The position numbers were made by a program, and so were the translations under genes. The notes below the pieces were generated by a model that was given only the letters and a program-made list of their open reading frames with translations, was not told where the DNA came from and made no database searches. A stretch of DNA of 58,164 nucleotides, from IMG/VR virus record IMGVR_UViG_3300012349_000006, positions 1 through 58,164 of that record; one strand, written 5' to 3'. The DNA is from a virus (lineage: Duplodnaviria > Caudoviricetes). Positions 18,444 through 28,639 of the stretch are shown here, in pieces (positions within the stretch are counted from its first letter, which is position 1; each line of letters opens with the position of its first letter).

Positions 18444-18654
18444 ATAAAATTAATACGTCATAAGGATGGGTTTGCATCATCCCCCTTGCAAAACAAAAGT
18501 AAAGTGGCACGTTTTCCCGGTAGTTGCAACTACCAAACCTCATGCCTTTATGCCTTAAGCTTTTTCATCTGTGGAAAACTCATTGATGGTAGTCAATGCT
18601 GGTTTACAGATGTTTAAGGGATATCAACTCCTTTTGCTCTTGGCTCATTACTCC

Positions 18655-19386
18655 TTATAAAGTCCGCGCAATCAACGCACCATCTGCCGGGGCAGTCCAT
18701 TCGCCATACTTTTGACCACCAGTAACCGGGCGAATGGTGAATTTGCGGTTGTACTTCAGTTCCGGCAAGTCAACCGTTTCAGTTAGTTTCTTGCCATCAG
18801 GACCAAGCTTCGCCTTGTTATCTTCGCCACGAATGGCGCGGGTAACTTTTTTGGTCTTGGCTACGCCATTCTCTACAACAGGATCAGCATACTTGCGGTT
18901 CTGACTGGAAACCGTGCTACCAAGAGCCTTCACAGCATCGCCCTTGGCATGTTCGGTATTGGCAGAGAAGAACATGCCTCCTACCGGAAGATCAGCAAAC
19001 GGGTATTTGGTAGGAGCGCCAGCACCAAATGCGTTGCCGCGCTTCTTAGGCTCTGGCAGGACCGCGCCAGTGATGATTGCATAGGCGCTTGGTTTGGCAG
19101 CTTCAGAAGGCGCACCGTTAGCAGATGCAGCTTCAGCAGCAGTAGCAGCCAAAAACGCAGCCGCGTCACCAGTAGCCCGCGTAGCGAACTTGGTGGCATC
19201 CGTAGGATCAACCATCGTCGTATTCACTTCCACTAGCGGCGGAACATGAGCCAACATCGGCTGGTGTGCCGTGGGAGAAGTATAGACAAACGAGTTGGCA
19301 GCAGTAGCGGTAACAATCTGATTAAGCAAATCACGGTCAATACCGCTACCAGCGACAACCGCGTTACTCTTTGCACTCTTAGCCAT
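18655..19386 (-). CDS. probable DNA-binding protein
   Basis: 243 aa, basic C-half with KYPFADLPVGGMFF..RKFTIR motif; own promoter TTGACG-N17-TAAATG at 19442-19470. Confidence 0.6.
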   Translation of the reverse strand: MAKSAKSNAVVAGSGIDRDLLNQIVTATAANSFVYTSPTAHQPMLAHVPPLVEVNTTMVDPTDATKFATRATGDAAAFLAATAAEAASANGAPSEAAKPSAYAIITGAVLPEPKKRGNAFGAGAPTKYPFADLPVGGMFFSANTEHAKGDAVKALGSTVSSQNRKYADPVVENGVAKTKKVTRAIRGEDNKAKLGPDGKKLTETVDLPELKYNRKFTIRPVTGGQKYGEWTAPADGALIARTL

Positions 19387-19602
19387 TTATCAATTTCCCT
19401 TTTATCTGTTGTGGGGATCATCCCCGTTTTTCAATCATGTACATTTAAGAGTTTCGTTCCTTTTCGTCAAGTGGATTATGACTAGGTGACGAAAATTTTT
19501 GTTGGCAATCCTCTAATAATTTTAGCCCTTCAGCGGAACAAATTCGGCAATACGCTACCTCTACGTTACCATCTTTGTAATAGCTGAGGGTGTGAGGCTT
19601 TG

Positions 19603-19767
19603 TCACGGTTTGGCCTCATTATCGTTATTGGCAGCATCGCGAGTATAAGGCCATCCGGCAATTGTAAGTTTACATTCTGCATTGCCGCTATAGATCAAAA
19701 TACCTTTTGCACTAAAATTTAGTCTGATATGATCGCAGAACGATAAAAATAACTTGTGAGTAATCAT
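19603..19767 (-). CDS. 54-aa hypothetical protein (not in ORF track)
   Basis: MITHKLFLSFCDHIRLNF.. coupled by GTGA to a further small ORF at 19445..19606. Confidence 0.5.
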   Translation of the reverse strand: MITHKLFLSFCDHIRLNFSAKGILIYSGNAECKLTIAGWPYTRDAANNDNEAKP

Positions 19768-19914
19768 TTAAGCCTTCTCTTTTTCTTCTTAGCAAACATG
19801 GTTATAAACCAATGCCCTCTAAGTCTAATATTGTCCCTATCTGTATTAAAACCATTCTTTAATGCTTTATTACATACTATGTTGACATGCTTCATAGAGT
19901 AAACTTTATGCGGC

Positions 19915-20172
19915 CTATTCAGCATCTTTCAATAAATCCTTTGCATCCTTGGTTGGTTGCTTGTCCTTATACCAGTCTGGATGCCTTGTGTCATCTCGCC
20001 AAATTGGACTTTCCACACCATCTACGTTAGCTCCATAAAATCGCGCGTGAATGGCTACAGCCACTTCGGTTGCTACTTCGTTGATTTGTATTTGTTTCAA
20101 ACCCGGAAATTTCTTTCTAATTGCATTTTTGATCATTGTTCTTATGAAGCGTCTATAATCCGCCGAATGCAT
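19915..20172 (-). CDS. hypothetical protein
   Basis: 85-aa ORF, RBS GGAGGA. Confidence 0.75.
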   Translation of the reverse strand: MHSADYRRFIRTMIKNAIRKKFPGLKQIQINEVATEVAVAIHARFYGANVDGVESPIWRDDTRHPDWYKDKQPTKDAKDLLKDAE

Positions 20173-20313
20173 CTATCCTCCTGCCAGAATATTTAAAACT
20201 ACCCACACTATATACAGGCTTGCAAAGATCGCAATGCCTTTCACTGTCTCTTGAACGTGCCATAGCTCCATAGCTAATCTCCTGTGTGAGTGAAAGAAGC
20301 TAGCAGGAAAGCA

Positions 20314-20523
20314 TTAAAACTTTATAAGCTTTTCACTAATCCATATACCAGCGCGTCTTAGTCTTTGCGTAGATAGATTTGATAGCCTGTCCATTTTCTT
20401 TTTGCAATTAGGATGATACTTTTTGCGGTTGGTCCTGTGATGCTCAATGATAGGCTTACCGCAGTCCAAGCATATCGTTTCATCCGGTATTTGCCTGACG
20501 TTAGGCATGAAGCTTTGGCTCAA
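20314..20523 (-). CDS. small zinc-finger-like protein
   Basis: CLDCGK..KKYHPNC. Confidence 0.65.
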   Translation of the reverse strand: MSQSFMPNVRQIPDETICLDCGKPIIEHHRTNRKKYHPNCKKKMDRLSNLSTQRLRRAGIWISEKLIKF

Positions 20524-20713
20524 TCTTGACTTGAGCTAGAAAATCAGCCGCGCCTTGATAGGCTGCTGCCAGCGTCGTATTTTCAACTTTGACGGCCACT
20601 CGGCTGGATTTTGCGGCTGCAATTCGATGATTGCTTGCATTCATCTTTAACCATTTAACAATTTCGTCTTTGGTTTCTTGTGGTGTGTCAGCCTGAATGA
20701 TATAACTAGGCAT
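20501..20713 (-). CDS. hypothetical protein
   Basis: Start MPSYIIQ at 20713 with GGGGA RBS. Confidence 0.65.
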   Translation of the reverse strand: MPSYIIQADTPQETKDEIVKWLKMNASNHRIAAAKSSRVAVKVENTTLAAAYQGAADFLAQVKIEPKLHA

Positions 20714-20954
20714 TTTCTTTCCCCTTGCTTTGCAGATAAGCCATCCATCCCTTGTAACGGCAATCATAAGCATTATCTGCTTTGCCATGCCAATAAAACT
20801 TGTCAGGACCGCGAAACTCCCATTGACTGCTGAAATGATCCAAACGCATTGTCCATGCATCCTTTACAACATTGATGCGCGGAAAATGCTTTTTCACCAG
20901 AGCGTGACCCTCTTTTAAAAGTTGTCGGCTGAATGTTAGGTTATGGTACGGCAT
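20706..20954 (-). CDS. hypothetical protein
   Basis: 82-aa ORF overlapping neighbours. Confidence 0.7.
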   Translation of the reverse strand: MPYHNLTFSRQLLKEGHALVKKHFPRINVVKDAWTMRLDHFSSQWEFRGPDKFYWHGKADNAYDCRYKGWMAYLQSKGKENA

Positions 20955-21168
20955 TACACATTTCCTTTATGTAGTCTCTCACATTTTTGCGAATGTTCAT
21001 AGCTGCCCTATGATCGCTAGGTGTAGCCGACATGAACAGCTTTCGCTGTTGTCCGTTGATGCAAATGAAGCCTACAATGTTTCCGCTACGCACATCATAA
21101 TCAAACGTAGCGCCAAACTTATAGGCTTCATCTCTAGCAGCTTCCACATGCTCTAATCGGCGTGACAT
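20941..21168 (-). CDS. HicA-like small protein
   Basis: SATPSDHRAAMNIRKNVR motif recalled from phage HicA-fold proteins; the canonical His is not evident. Confidence 0.45.
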   Translation of the reverse strand: MSRRLEHVEAARDEAYKFGATFDYDVRSGNIVGFICINGQQRKLFMSATPSDHRAAMNIRKNVRDYIKEMCNAVP

Positions 21169-21305
21169 TTTAGTTAACCCCAAGCATGGCAGTTATAACG
21201 CTGGTATCAACTATAAGATAGCCAAACAAAACCACACCAGCACCCATAGCTGATATAGGAATGATGATTAAAATTTCCTTGATTGTCTCCATTTGCTTCC
21301 TTTCT

Positions 21306-21968
21306 TTATTTAAGTCTTAGCGTTCCACCTTGTCCTACCGGCCGATCAAATCGAGCACTGTTGCCAGCCCTGTGACCGGATTTGGCGGCATTCTGATCAA
21401 TTTCTTTACCGCGACCGCGAGACTTGGTTAAAGACATATTTAATTCTTTAACGATTAGTTCTTGTGTCTTGGCCCAATCAACAGGAGCAAGCTCCTTCAG
21501 CTTTTCATTAATTCTAGCAGCACAACCAACAACAAAGCTAGCAGAAGTCCAATTAGAATTGCCAAGATGCTTTTTAGCTCTATCGCCTTGGTATTGTCGC
21601 AATGCGCGCATCATAAAACGCTGAAGTGTATCCAAGAGCCAAGTCGCAAAAACAATATCGCTTTCTTTGCCAGCAAAGCAGATTGTATCATCTCTATCTC
21701 TAAAAGCCTTGCAGCTTGTAAATTTTCCTACATTGACGCATAGATTTTTCTTGATTTCATAAGGATCAGAAACAGCAGTTCTATGAATTTGTGCCTTTTC
21801 GGCTACGTCTTGCAATTCTTTTTCATCAATTTCATATGTCGCCATTAACTCTCTAGCTTTCGCCAGTGCAGCCATAGCTTCACCTTCGGTACAGCCATTA
21901 TCCATAGTCTTAGATAAAATGGCCTTTACTTTATCTAGCATCTTCTTTCGGCTATCGAGCATGACCAT
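21306..21968 (-). CDS. DUF2786-domain protein
   Basis: LDKVKAILSK..EGEAMAALAKARELMATYEI; SFVVGCAARI. Confidence 0.85.
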   Translation of the reverse strand: MVMLDSRKKMLDKVKAILSKTMDNGCTEGEAMAALAKARELMATYEIDEKELQDVAEKAQIHRTAVSDPYEIKKNLCVNVGKFTSCKAFRDRDDTICFAGKESDIVFATWLLDTLQRFMMRALRQYQGDRAKKHLGNSNWTSASFVVGCAARINEKLKELAPVDWAKTQELIVKELNMSLTKSRGRGKEIDQNAAKSGHRAGNSARFDRPVGQGGTLRLK

Positions 21969-21986
21969 TCCTTCGTTGAGTTAGCT

Positions 21987-22025
21987 ACAATAGCCGGTCA
22001 ACAATTGCTTGTCAACCGGCCATTG
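21987..22025 (-). promoter_or_regulatory. sigma70-type promoter embedded in a 17-bp hairpin
   Basis: TTGACA-N17-TATTGT inside CAATGGCCGGTTGACAA-GCAA-TTGTTGACCGGCTATTG. Confidence 0.7.
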
Positions 22026-22035
22026 CTTAAATAAT

Positions 22036-22875
22036 TTAATAATCAATCATCTCCATCAGTGTAGCCCAATCAGCTTCTTCAATTGACATTGTAACCATAT
22101 TTTCAGTATCGTCAATCCTGCCATTAGCATAAGCAGCTTCAATCAAATTCTTGAGATGGCTTTTCAGGTTGCTCCTGCTACCCTTACCAGAGCCTTTAGA
22201 ACCTTCACCAGAGCCTTCGCCATCCCCTGTATCCTTGGGCATGGCACGTTTGCGGCCTTGTTCGTTAGCCACCGCAACCGCACCGTTAAGCTCTGCAACA
22301 GTTAAGGCAACATCGCCATTATGCTTTTTGAATGTAGCCAGCACCATTGTAGCAGAAGCTTTGCCTTCAGTAATGAACTTCTGAAGGACAAGCGGCAATG
22401 TCAGCAATTCAAGCAATTGACTAACCCTACCACCGGACATGCCAGCTTTAACAGCAATGTCTTTCTGTGCCCATCCAAGATCAATCAAACGCTTAAAGAC
22501 TTTGGCTTGCTCAATGGCAGTAAGCGGCTTGCCTTGATTGTGAACGATCTGACTGAAAATTCTGTCAGCTTCATTAGCAAAACGATCTTCAACCATCACT
22601 GGGACGGTTTTGATTTCCACACCAGCATTAATAAGCTGCATCACAGCCTGCAATCGGCAATGCCCATCTGTCACATAGACAATTTCATTTTCCATGTAGC
22701 AGACAAGTGGCTTCTTTACTCCAATCTCTTTGATGGAGGCTGCAAGCGTTGCGATATGTTCGGCGTTAGCCGGATCAGAAGCATCACGGCTATTCCAGCC
22801 TTCTTTGGTCTGGATCAATTTGGGATCAACTCGATAAATGTCACTTCGGCCTTGCGCGATATCCTTGATTGCCAT
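22036..22875 (-). CDS. ParB/Srx-domain protein with HTH
   Basis: LAASIKEIGVKKPL, VTDGHCRLQA, LTAIEQA..GWAQKDIAVKAGMS..VSQLL; RBS AGGAGG. Confidence 0.88.
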   Translation of the reverse strand: MAIKDIAQGRSDIYRVDPKLIQTKEGWNSRDASDPANAEHIATLAASIKEIGVKKPLVCYMENEIVYVTDGHCRLQAVMQLINAGVEIKTVPVMVEDRFANEADRIFSQIVHNQGKPLTAIEQAKVFKRLIDLGWAQKDIAVKAGMSGGRVSQLLELLTLPLVLQKFITEGKASATMVLATFKKHNGDVALTVAELNGAVAVANEQGRKRAMPKDTGDGEGSGEGSKGSGKGSRSNLKSHLKNLIEAAYANGRIDDTENMVTMSIEEADWATLMEMIDY

Positions 22876-23167
22876 TTAGGTATCCTCCTGTTGTTGGCAA
22901 TTGACACTGTGAACGGGTTTGCTCACAGTGTCAACTTAAATAATTAAAGTGCTAAGAACTCATTTTCTTTATCTCTGCGTTATTGATCTAAGTTCGCAGG
23001 ACCAAGCCAAGCGCCGCAATTACTGCAAAACGTCTGATCAGTCTCTTCGTCTTGCGGACGCGATCCAACAATAGGAATGTCTATTGTCGGATAAGGATGA
23101 CCAAGATGCGCGCACCAAAGTTGTTTAAGCCAGCGGATCATTAGCGCCTCCATTTTCGATATATAGC

Positions 23168-23196
23168 ACTCTACACGCTTTAATTATTTAAGTCAA
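23168..23196 (-). promoter_or_regulatory. sigma70-type promoter
   Basis: TTGACT-N17-TAGAGT. Confidence 0.65.
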
Positions 23197-23276
23197 GTGT
23201 GATAATCTCCTATACAAAAATAAAGCTAGGATTGATTACCTAGCTCTATCTAAACTTAGGAATAGATGTATAGAAA

Positions 23277-23732
23277 CTAAACTTTTCCTTCTAGATAAGC
23301 TATCAGCGTATCTCTAGCTTCGTGCCATGAGTAGCAGATGGCAACATAGTAACCAGCAGAATTTAGATAGGATATGTACTCTAATTGATCTTCACTCACA
23401 CCACCGAATTTTTCATTACGGCGTTTTTCTATCTTCATTTCGATAAAGCAGCCCATATACTTCATCGCATAAGGTAGCATAACATCAGGTACACCACTAC
23501 GCAATCCAGTTGCAACCATTTTAGTTGCTTCTACAATGTGTCTAGAGCCGCCATTCGGAATTGAAAATAGCCATTTTAATTGCGGGTACGTTCCCACACT
23601 ATCAGCAGCCCAACAAAAAAGCGCGGCCTGTTCTCCATCTTCAGAACCGCTAGCTGCCAGCATTTCAGGAGTGATTTTCTTCCCCTTTTTTGGAGGATCA
23701 GACTTTAGTTTTGGTGGATTGCCCCAAGTCAT
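23277..23732 (-). CDS. VRR-NUC domain nuclease (resolvase-like)
   Basis: SEDGEQ..IPNGG..GLRSGVPDV..FIEMK..SEDQ; start at 23732 preferred. Confidence 0.88.
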   Translation of the reverse strand: MTWGNPPKLKSDPPKKGKKITPEMLAASGSEDGEQAALFCWAADSVGTYPQLKWLFSIPNGGSRHIVEATKMVATGLRSGVPDVMLPYAMKYMGCFIEMKIEKRRNEKFGGVSEDQLEYISYLNSAGYYVAICYSWHEARDTLIAYLEGKV

Positions 23733-23993
23733 TTGCCAAAGCTCGCACCAATTAGCATCAGCATGGAAAATGCCCATGCCACAAGCATAAATCCAGCACC
23801 ATTGTAAGATTGACCAAACCTCCAAGCGTAAGCTGTATCGCTCGCTAAGATAGCACTTACAACAATAGCCCATGCGATAGCCGTCATTTACTTAACCAAT
23901 CAATAAGTTTGTATAAAAGTTGTAAACCTATAGGAGCCCATAATATCCAAGTGCATATAAACCATATTGCAAATATTAGTTGTGTTGTACTGT

Positions 23994-24227
23994 TCATTCT
24001 CTATCCTTTAAAGGTTTAGCTGCATCTTCCAGCATCTTCTTTATGATGTTAAATTTTAAAATTTCCATTCCAGCTATGATACGATAGCCATTCTCTTGAG
24101 CCATTGACAGATGTAATTCAGGTTCACCTTCCTTGTTGATGGAGACACAAGCTATCGCCTGTATGTCGTCATCTTCATTGGCTAGAACAAGCTGCTTTAT
24201 GGTATCGCGTACATTTGGATTAGTCAT
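23994..24227 (-). CDS. hypothetical protein
   Basis: 77-aa ORF. Confidence 0.7.
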   Translation of the reverse strand: MTNPNVRDTIKQLVLANEDDDIQAIACVSINKEGEPELHLSMAQENGYRIIAGMEILKFNIIKKMLEDAAKPLKDRE

Positions 24228-25525
24228 TAAGAATGCAATCTATCATGGCGTGATAAGCGTCTATATCAAGCGTACCAAATTCGCCGTAAGCTTGTCTCAT
24301 TTTGCCTGTCGGCTCTCTCATAGCTGTAACTGCTTTGCCTAACCTATTTATAGTAGCACCAGCAGCGATATCGCAACGCTCAATCATTTCATTAGCCATT
24401 GTTCATTCCTACATTCATATTGCCGTCTTACAGCTTTTATAATAGAATAACTTTGATATCTCCTGCTTTGCACGTCATCTAAAATTTTGGCTATCTCATG
24501 CCAAGTCTTACCTTTATTCTTAAGCTCTACCGCAAGCCTTATGTTGATAGGCTTATGAGGCATTTGTCATCTATTGAATAGCTCATGTCCGATCACATAC
24601 ACAATCATGCCAACCGATATACCAGTCAGACAAGAAATTAGAACTATCATTTGTCATTTCCTTATCTAAGTTTGGTATACATGGCTTAGTTACCATAATT
24701 TATTTCACTCAGCTTCATCAAAATAATCACTATATACCAAGCAATTGTAACTGCCAACAAAAATTTGTTAAACTCATTCAGTTTAAAAATTTTAAAGTTA
24801 TTTAAAATCTCGCTCATTTGTGTATCTCAACTGCGTACAGGTAAATTCCTAGAATGATAAGAAAGCCTATCCAATTCATTTTTATTCTCACTTAACCTTC
24901 GCTTATCTTGGCATAAACAAGCTAGCTATTGCTATAAAATATAAGCATATAGCAATACACCACATAGGAAACGCGATAGCTTTTATTAATTTATTTAGCT
25001 GTTCGTCGCTCATGTACTTTCACTCCATAATCCTCCACCAATTCAAACAGCGTACCATTATCGAAATGCGATCGTCATTGTCGATCATCCACCTTGACGA
25101 TTTTGTATCCTTTCTTGCGTAAGTCAATGACAATATCCTTTGCCTCTATTTCCCATTTCATACTCTGCTTAGGCTTTATTATCAATTCCAATACTTTTAT
25201 AACCGCCAGCAAATCAGCAGGACGATAGAGCTTCGATGTTATCTTGACCATAAATTCTAACCCTGCTTTTGATAATTTGTTTAGCGGCGATATCTTTGGC
25301 CAGTTTCTCGCTAAAGGTTACCCCAATTGAGCACCAGCGGTTATACATAAATACTTCAATTACTAATAATGGTTTAGCCATTTACTTCAGCTTAACATGA
25401 AGGCGGTAAATTACTTTAACTCCATTCTTACAAAGAAAATTACTTGTATGCGTAGCAACCTCTTTGGTCGAGCACATGGCACCATTAACATTACCTTCAT
25501 ATATATTTATCCAGCATTCTTGCAT
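24220..25525 (-). other. cluster of very small (<60 aa) early ORFs
   Basis: For example 24220..24399 (MANEMIERCDIA..) and an HTH-like ORF starting at 24563 (MPHKPINIRLAVELKNKGKTWHEIAKIL); not fully resolved. Confidence 0.5.
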
Positions 25526-25854
25526 CATTCTTTCTCCGCACATTTCGGACAGAACGCATCATAGCCTTGTCCATTCTTGCGCCAGCTAATAATCCATCCT
25601 GTATGACTAGCAGCGTTATTCAATGCTGCAAAGCTCTTGGTGCCCGGATCAAAGACTTCCCCACACTCACAGGAATAGTAAATATGTGTATCAGGATTGG
25701 TGTAGGGATCATGGGTAGGCACTTTATTATTTCTTTCCTTCAGACTATCCCAAGCTTGCTTAGAAATAGGGGCAGCTTCAGTAAAATATGCAGTCTGATC
25801 AGGTTTGCTTGCTAGATTAATGCCGACATAGTCAGGGCTACTTGTCCAAGCCAT
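25525..25854 (-). CDS. hypothetical zinc-binding protein
   Basis: CECG..CPKC. Confidence 0.7.
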   Translation of the reverse strand: MAWTSSPDYVGINLASKPDQTAYFTEAAPISKQAWDSLKERNNKVPTHDPYTNPDTHIYYSCECGEVFDPGTKSFAALNNAASHTGWIISWRKNGQGYDAFCPKCAEKE

Positions 25855-25856
25855 TG

Positions 25857-26051
25857 CTAGCCTCTCCCTATCAGCTTCTTAATGGCTGCTACGCTCTCAT
25901 TTACAAAATAAAATTTGCCATTCATCATCACAACGAGCGTATCTGTACTTCTGTTGGCTTTTTGAAGTGACTGAATGTTAAAAGCGTTGATACTAATAGG
26001 TTTGAGTGCTTCGCCGTTTTTAATAAGCTCATTCAAATCAATAAACATCAT
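25857..26051 (-). CDS. FlbD-family-like small protein
   Basis: FIDL..ISINAFNIQSL..DTLVVMMNGKFYFVNESVAAI pattern. Confidence 0.55.
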   Translation of the reverse strand: MMFIDLNELIKNGEALKPISINAFNIQSLQKANRSTDTLVVMMNGKFYFVNESVAAIKKLIGRG

Positions 26052-26312
26052 AACAAGTTCCTTCCATTGCGCGCGAATGAACGTCTAGTCTGCTGCCACA
26101 CCAGCTAAAGTCAACAGGTAGCTCTACGCTATACACAAGATTTTAATTTTTAAATAAAGCATCAGCTACAGCTTTTTCACAAGCTTGCGATACCAAATCC
26201 TCGATCGCTTCTGCTTCTGTCTTGCCCCAACCCTGTAAGCTGCCTTCACCATCATTGGTATCATCGTCAATGGCTGTATACTCGCCATTGGGCTGTAACG
26301 TGGTGCGAACTT

Positions 26313-26510
26313 TCATCCCCATATCCTTCGTTCTTTTAAATATTCACCAGCTATCAATTTAGTTACAGGTTTATCCTCAAGCCAATAGCTGAAATATTCT
26401 CCATCCCAATAGATTGACAATTTATAGTAAGAAGTCCAGCCAACTATAGCATCTTTGGCGGTAGCTTCCAAATCATCTAGTGTCACCAGCGCAGCTTTTT
26501 TCATTTTCAT
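26313..26510 (-). CDS. hypothetical protein
   Basis: 65-aa ORF with GGGG RBS. Confidence 0.65.
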   Translation of the reverse strand: MKMKKAALVTLDDLEATAKDAIVGWTSYYKLSIYWDGEYFSYWLEDKPVTKLIAGEYLKERRIWG

Positions 26511-26755
26511 CCCCTTAAGGTCTAGCTAGGTGCGGGATCGGAAGCGGACCATGCAAAGAGACAAACACGATAGCCATTGCAATTAGCAGGAATGTAACAG
26601 CTAGAGCTTCTGCTTTAGCTCTCATGATCTTACCTTTAGCTTCTCCACACCTTTAGCATACCAGTACCATCGCCATGCTCTGATATGTTCGTCTTGCTGG
26701 CACCAAGCATCAACGAACAATTCTGTTGGTCCTATTAGAACATGAGACATTTGAT

Positions 26756-26995
26756 TTATTCCTCCACACTATAGCGATAGCCCAGCATATCGGCTACTTG
26801 ATCATCAGTCAAGTGTTTGTTTTCATGCAAGGCTTGCACTAATTTACATAATATATCAGAGCAACTTCGAACCCTGTCTACAATACGTTCGACAGAGCCT
26901 TCTGAAAATGAAGTGTCTATCGTACCAGCAATAGCCGTAGCGATAGATACTTCTTTTGGTATTCTACCAGTTGTTTTATCTTGAACGATCTTCAT
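26756..26995 (-). CDS. hypothetical protein
   Basis: 79-aa ORF. Confidence 0.7.
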   Translation of the reverse strand: MKIVQDKTTGRIPKEVSIATAIAGTIDTSFSEGSVERIVDRVRSCSDILCKLVQALHENKHLTDDQVADMLGYRYSVEE

Positions 26996-27142
26996 TTAAC
27001 ATTTCTTCCCTTCAGTTTTGGCAATCTTAGACGTTCTGCTTAGGATAGCAAGCATATGATTAATGTGACGCAAACGAGTAAATATCTCAATCAATTCGCG
27101 TTGCTCTTTATAGCTCATTGGTTTCATAACATTCCTCTTTAA

Positions 27143-27413
27143 TAATTAAAGTGCTAGTCGCGTAGTGCAAGCTCTTGCAACCTTCTACCACTAGCTCTAA
27201 TCAGCGAAGCTAATCAGCAGTAATTAAAGTGCTACGGTGCAGCTAGTTCGTTGGCGGCACCAAAGCCAACTGCACCGTAGCTGTTGCAGTTTTATAGGAC
27301 AGGGACCAGTCTAACTTGAACGTAACTCGTTAGCTGATATAACCATCTGCAACCCTCTATGCATCCTGATCATTCTCTCGTGCAACGGACACCAGATCAT
27401 TGCTGCATAGAGG
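27143..27413 (-). ncRNA. candidate structured RNA: four tandem long hairpins
   Basis: Inverted repeats 27153-58/27190-95, 27231-42/27270-81, 27283-89/27347-53 and 27354-63/27404-13 in an intergenic gap. Confidence 0.5.
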
Positions 27414-27419
27414 TAATAA

Positions 27420-27602
27420 TTACTTTTCCAAACCCATATTTTTAATATGACGTTCGGCGCGTTCAACTGACTTGAACCGAATGGGCGAACCGTCCTTGTT
27501 AGCCAATCCTACAACATGAACACGGTTTTTAGACTTGCGCCTATCCTTCTCATGCTTGATTTGAGGGTTTACAACCTCATAGTCTCTACCGCAGATTTGC
27601 AT
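27420..27602 (-). CDS. small basic hypothetical protein
   Basis: 60-aa ORF, RBS AGGAGG. Confidence 0.7.
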   Translation of the reverse strand: MQICGRDYEVVNPQIKHEKDRRKSKNRVHVVGLANKDGSPIRFKSVERAERHIKNMGLEK

Positions 27603-27815
27603 TTAACCCTCCTGAAAGGCTGTGGCCTTACGATCCAATACCGCAACCGTTTGACGCTCATACTTACGCACCGGCTTGTGAGCGGCTGTAGCAGGTTTTG
27701 TGCCCATACGCAACCGCATATAGAACGTCATGTAGGGCACACCAGCAGCCTTTGCTGCCAACTTGATTGACTTAAATTGCTTCTTTTTCGTTCCCATTGA
27801 GACAGTGTTAGACAT
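27603..27815 (-). CDS. small HTH/NUMOD1-like DNA-binding protein
   Basis: FKSIKLAAKAAGVPYMTFYMRLRMG; promoter TTGACA-N17-AATAAT at 27842-27870. Confidence 0.7.
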   Translation of the reverse strand: MSNTVSMGTKKKQFKSIKLAAKAAGVPYMTFYMRLRMGTKPATAAHKPVRKYERQTVAVLDRKATAFQEG

Positions 27816-28078
27816 TTGATCATTCCTTCATTGTCGCATTAATTATTAAACGTTCTAGATTGACTGTCAATCCCTCCAACTACCGGGGACCATCCAAACG
27901 CACATATTCTTAGGAAATGGTGCATTCAAATCGTCACAGCGATCATACACAACAAAATCGGCGTAGTCGCCAATGCAGCGCATTTCAATGTAAGTAAAGT
28001 TGTACATTTGCTTCGTCCTTCTGTTGCATTCTCTTATATACGGCTACTGGATCAAGTCAACCTAATAGTGCGATTATT

Positions 28079-28285
28079 TTAAACTATTCTTACGCCAGCA
28101 TCTTGAATGAGCTTGGCATAAGCTTGAATAGCCACAACTATAAAAGCCTTATCATTAGGACGTTGGCTAGCATTCTTACGATAGCCAACCAAGTTACCAA
28201 GGATAAAGTCGGCTATGGCACCTTCAGAGCTTTGATTTGTTGCATCCAGCTTATTCATCAGTTCAACGATATCGGTAAGGTTCAT
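28079..28285 (-). CDS. early hypothetical protein
   Basis: Own promoter (TTGACT-N16-TAGGTT, 28309-28336) and GATGGAG leader. Confidence 0.7.
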   Translation of the reverse strand: MNLTDIVELMNKLDATNQSSEGAIADFILGNLVGYRKNASQRPNDKAFIVVAIQAYAKLIQDAGVRIV

Positions 28286-28359
28286 TGCTCTCTCCATCTG
28301 TTATCCGTAACCTATACGTCTCATAATCAAAGTCAACACATTTTCTTAAATAATTAAAA

Positions 28360-28563
28360 TTATTTTGCTACCCTTATAACCTTGCTCTTTCGACCTTTTG
28401 GAGAAACCTTAATTTCTTCAACTAACGTTCCATCCTCATACAAGCTTTTAAAGATAGGAGCAGCCTCAAAGTAATCACTTCCAATTGAAGCATAGTTAGG
28501 ACAACGATCGTGCTTCTTAATGTACTCTATTATCTTATTGCGAAGCTCTGCTTTGCGTTCCAT
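28360..28563 (-). CDS. early hypothetical protein, possible winged helix
   Basis: Own promoter and GATGGAG leader. Confidence 0.7.
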   Translation of the reverse strand: MERKAELRNKIIEYIKKHDRCPNYASIGSDYFEAAPIFKSLYEDGTLVEEIKVSPKGRKSKVIRVAK

Positions 28564-28586
28564 AGCTTGCTCCATCTGATTTACTC

Positions 28587-28615
28587 ACTATAGACGTACA
28601 GCATCAGACTTGCAA
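28587..28615 (-). promoter_or_regulatory. sigma70-type promoter
   Basis: TTGCAA-N17-TATAGT. Confidence 0.65.
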
Positions 28616-28639
28616 TAGCTAAATGTAGGATAATTTAAA

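Noticed and set aside
18408-18612. tRNA or known riboswitch
   Set aside because: No cloverleaf, T-loop consensus or aptamer that I could recognise; kept only as an unknown structured RNA
27143-27413. Possible CRISPR mini-array
   Set aside because: The repeated motif is only 14 bp with two local copies and there are no cas genes; the Cas4-like nuclease sits in the recombination operon
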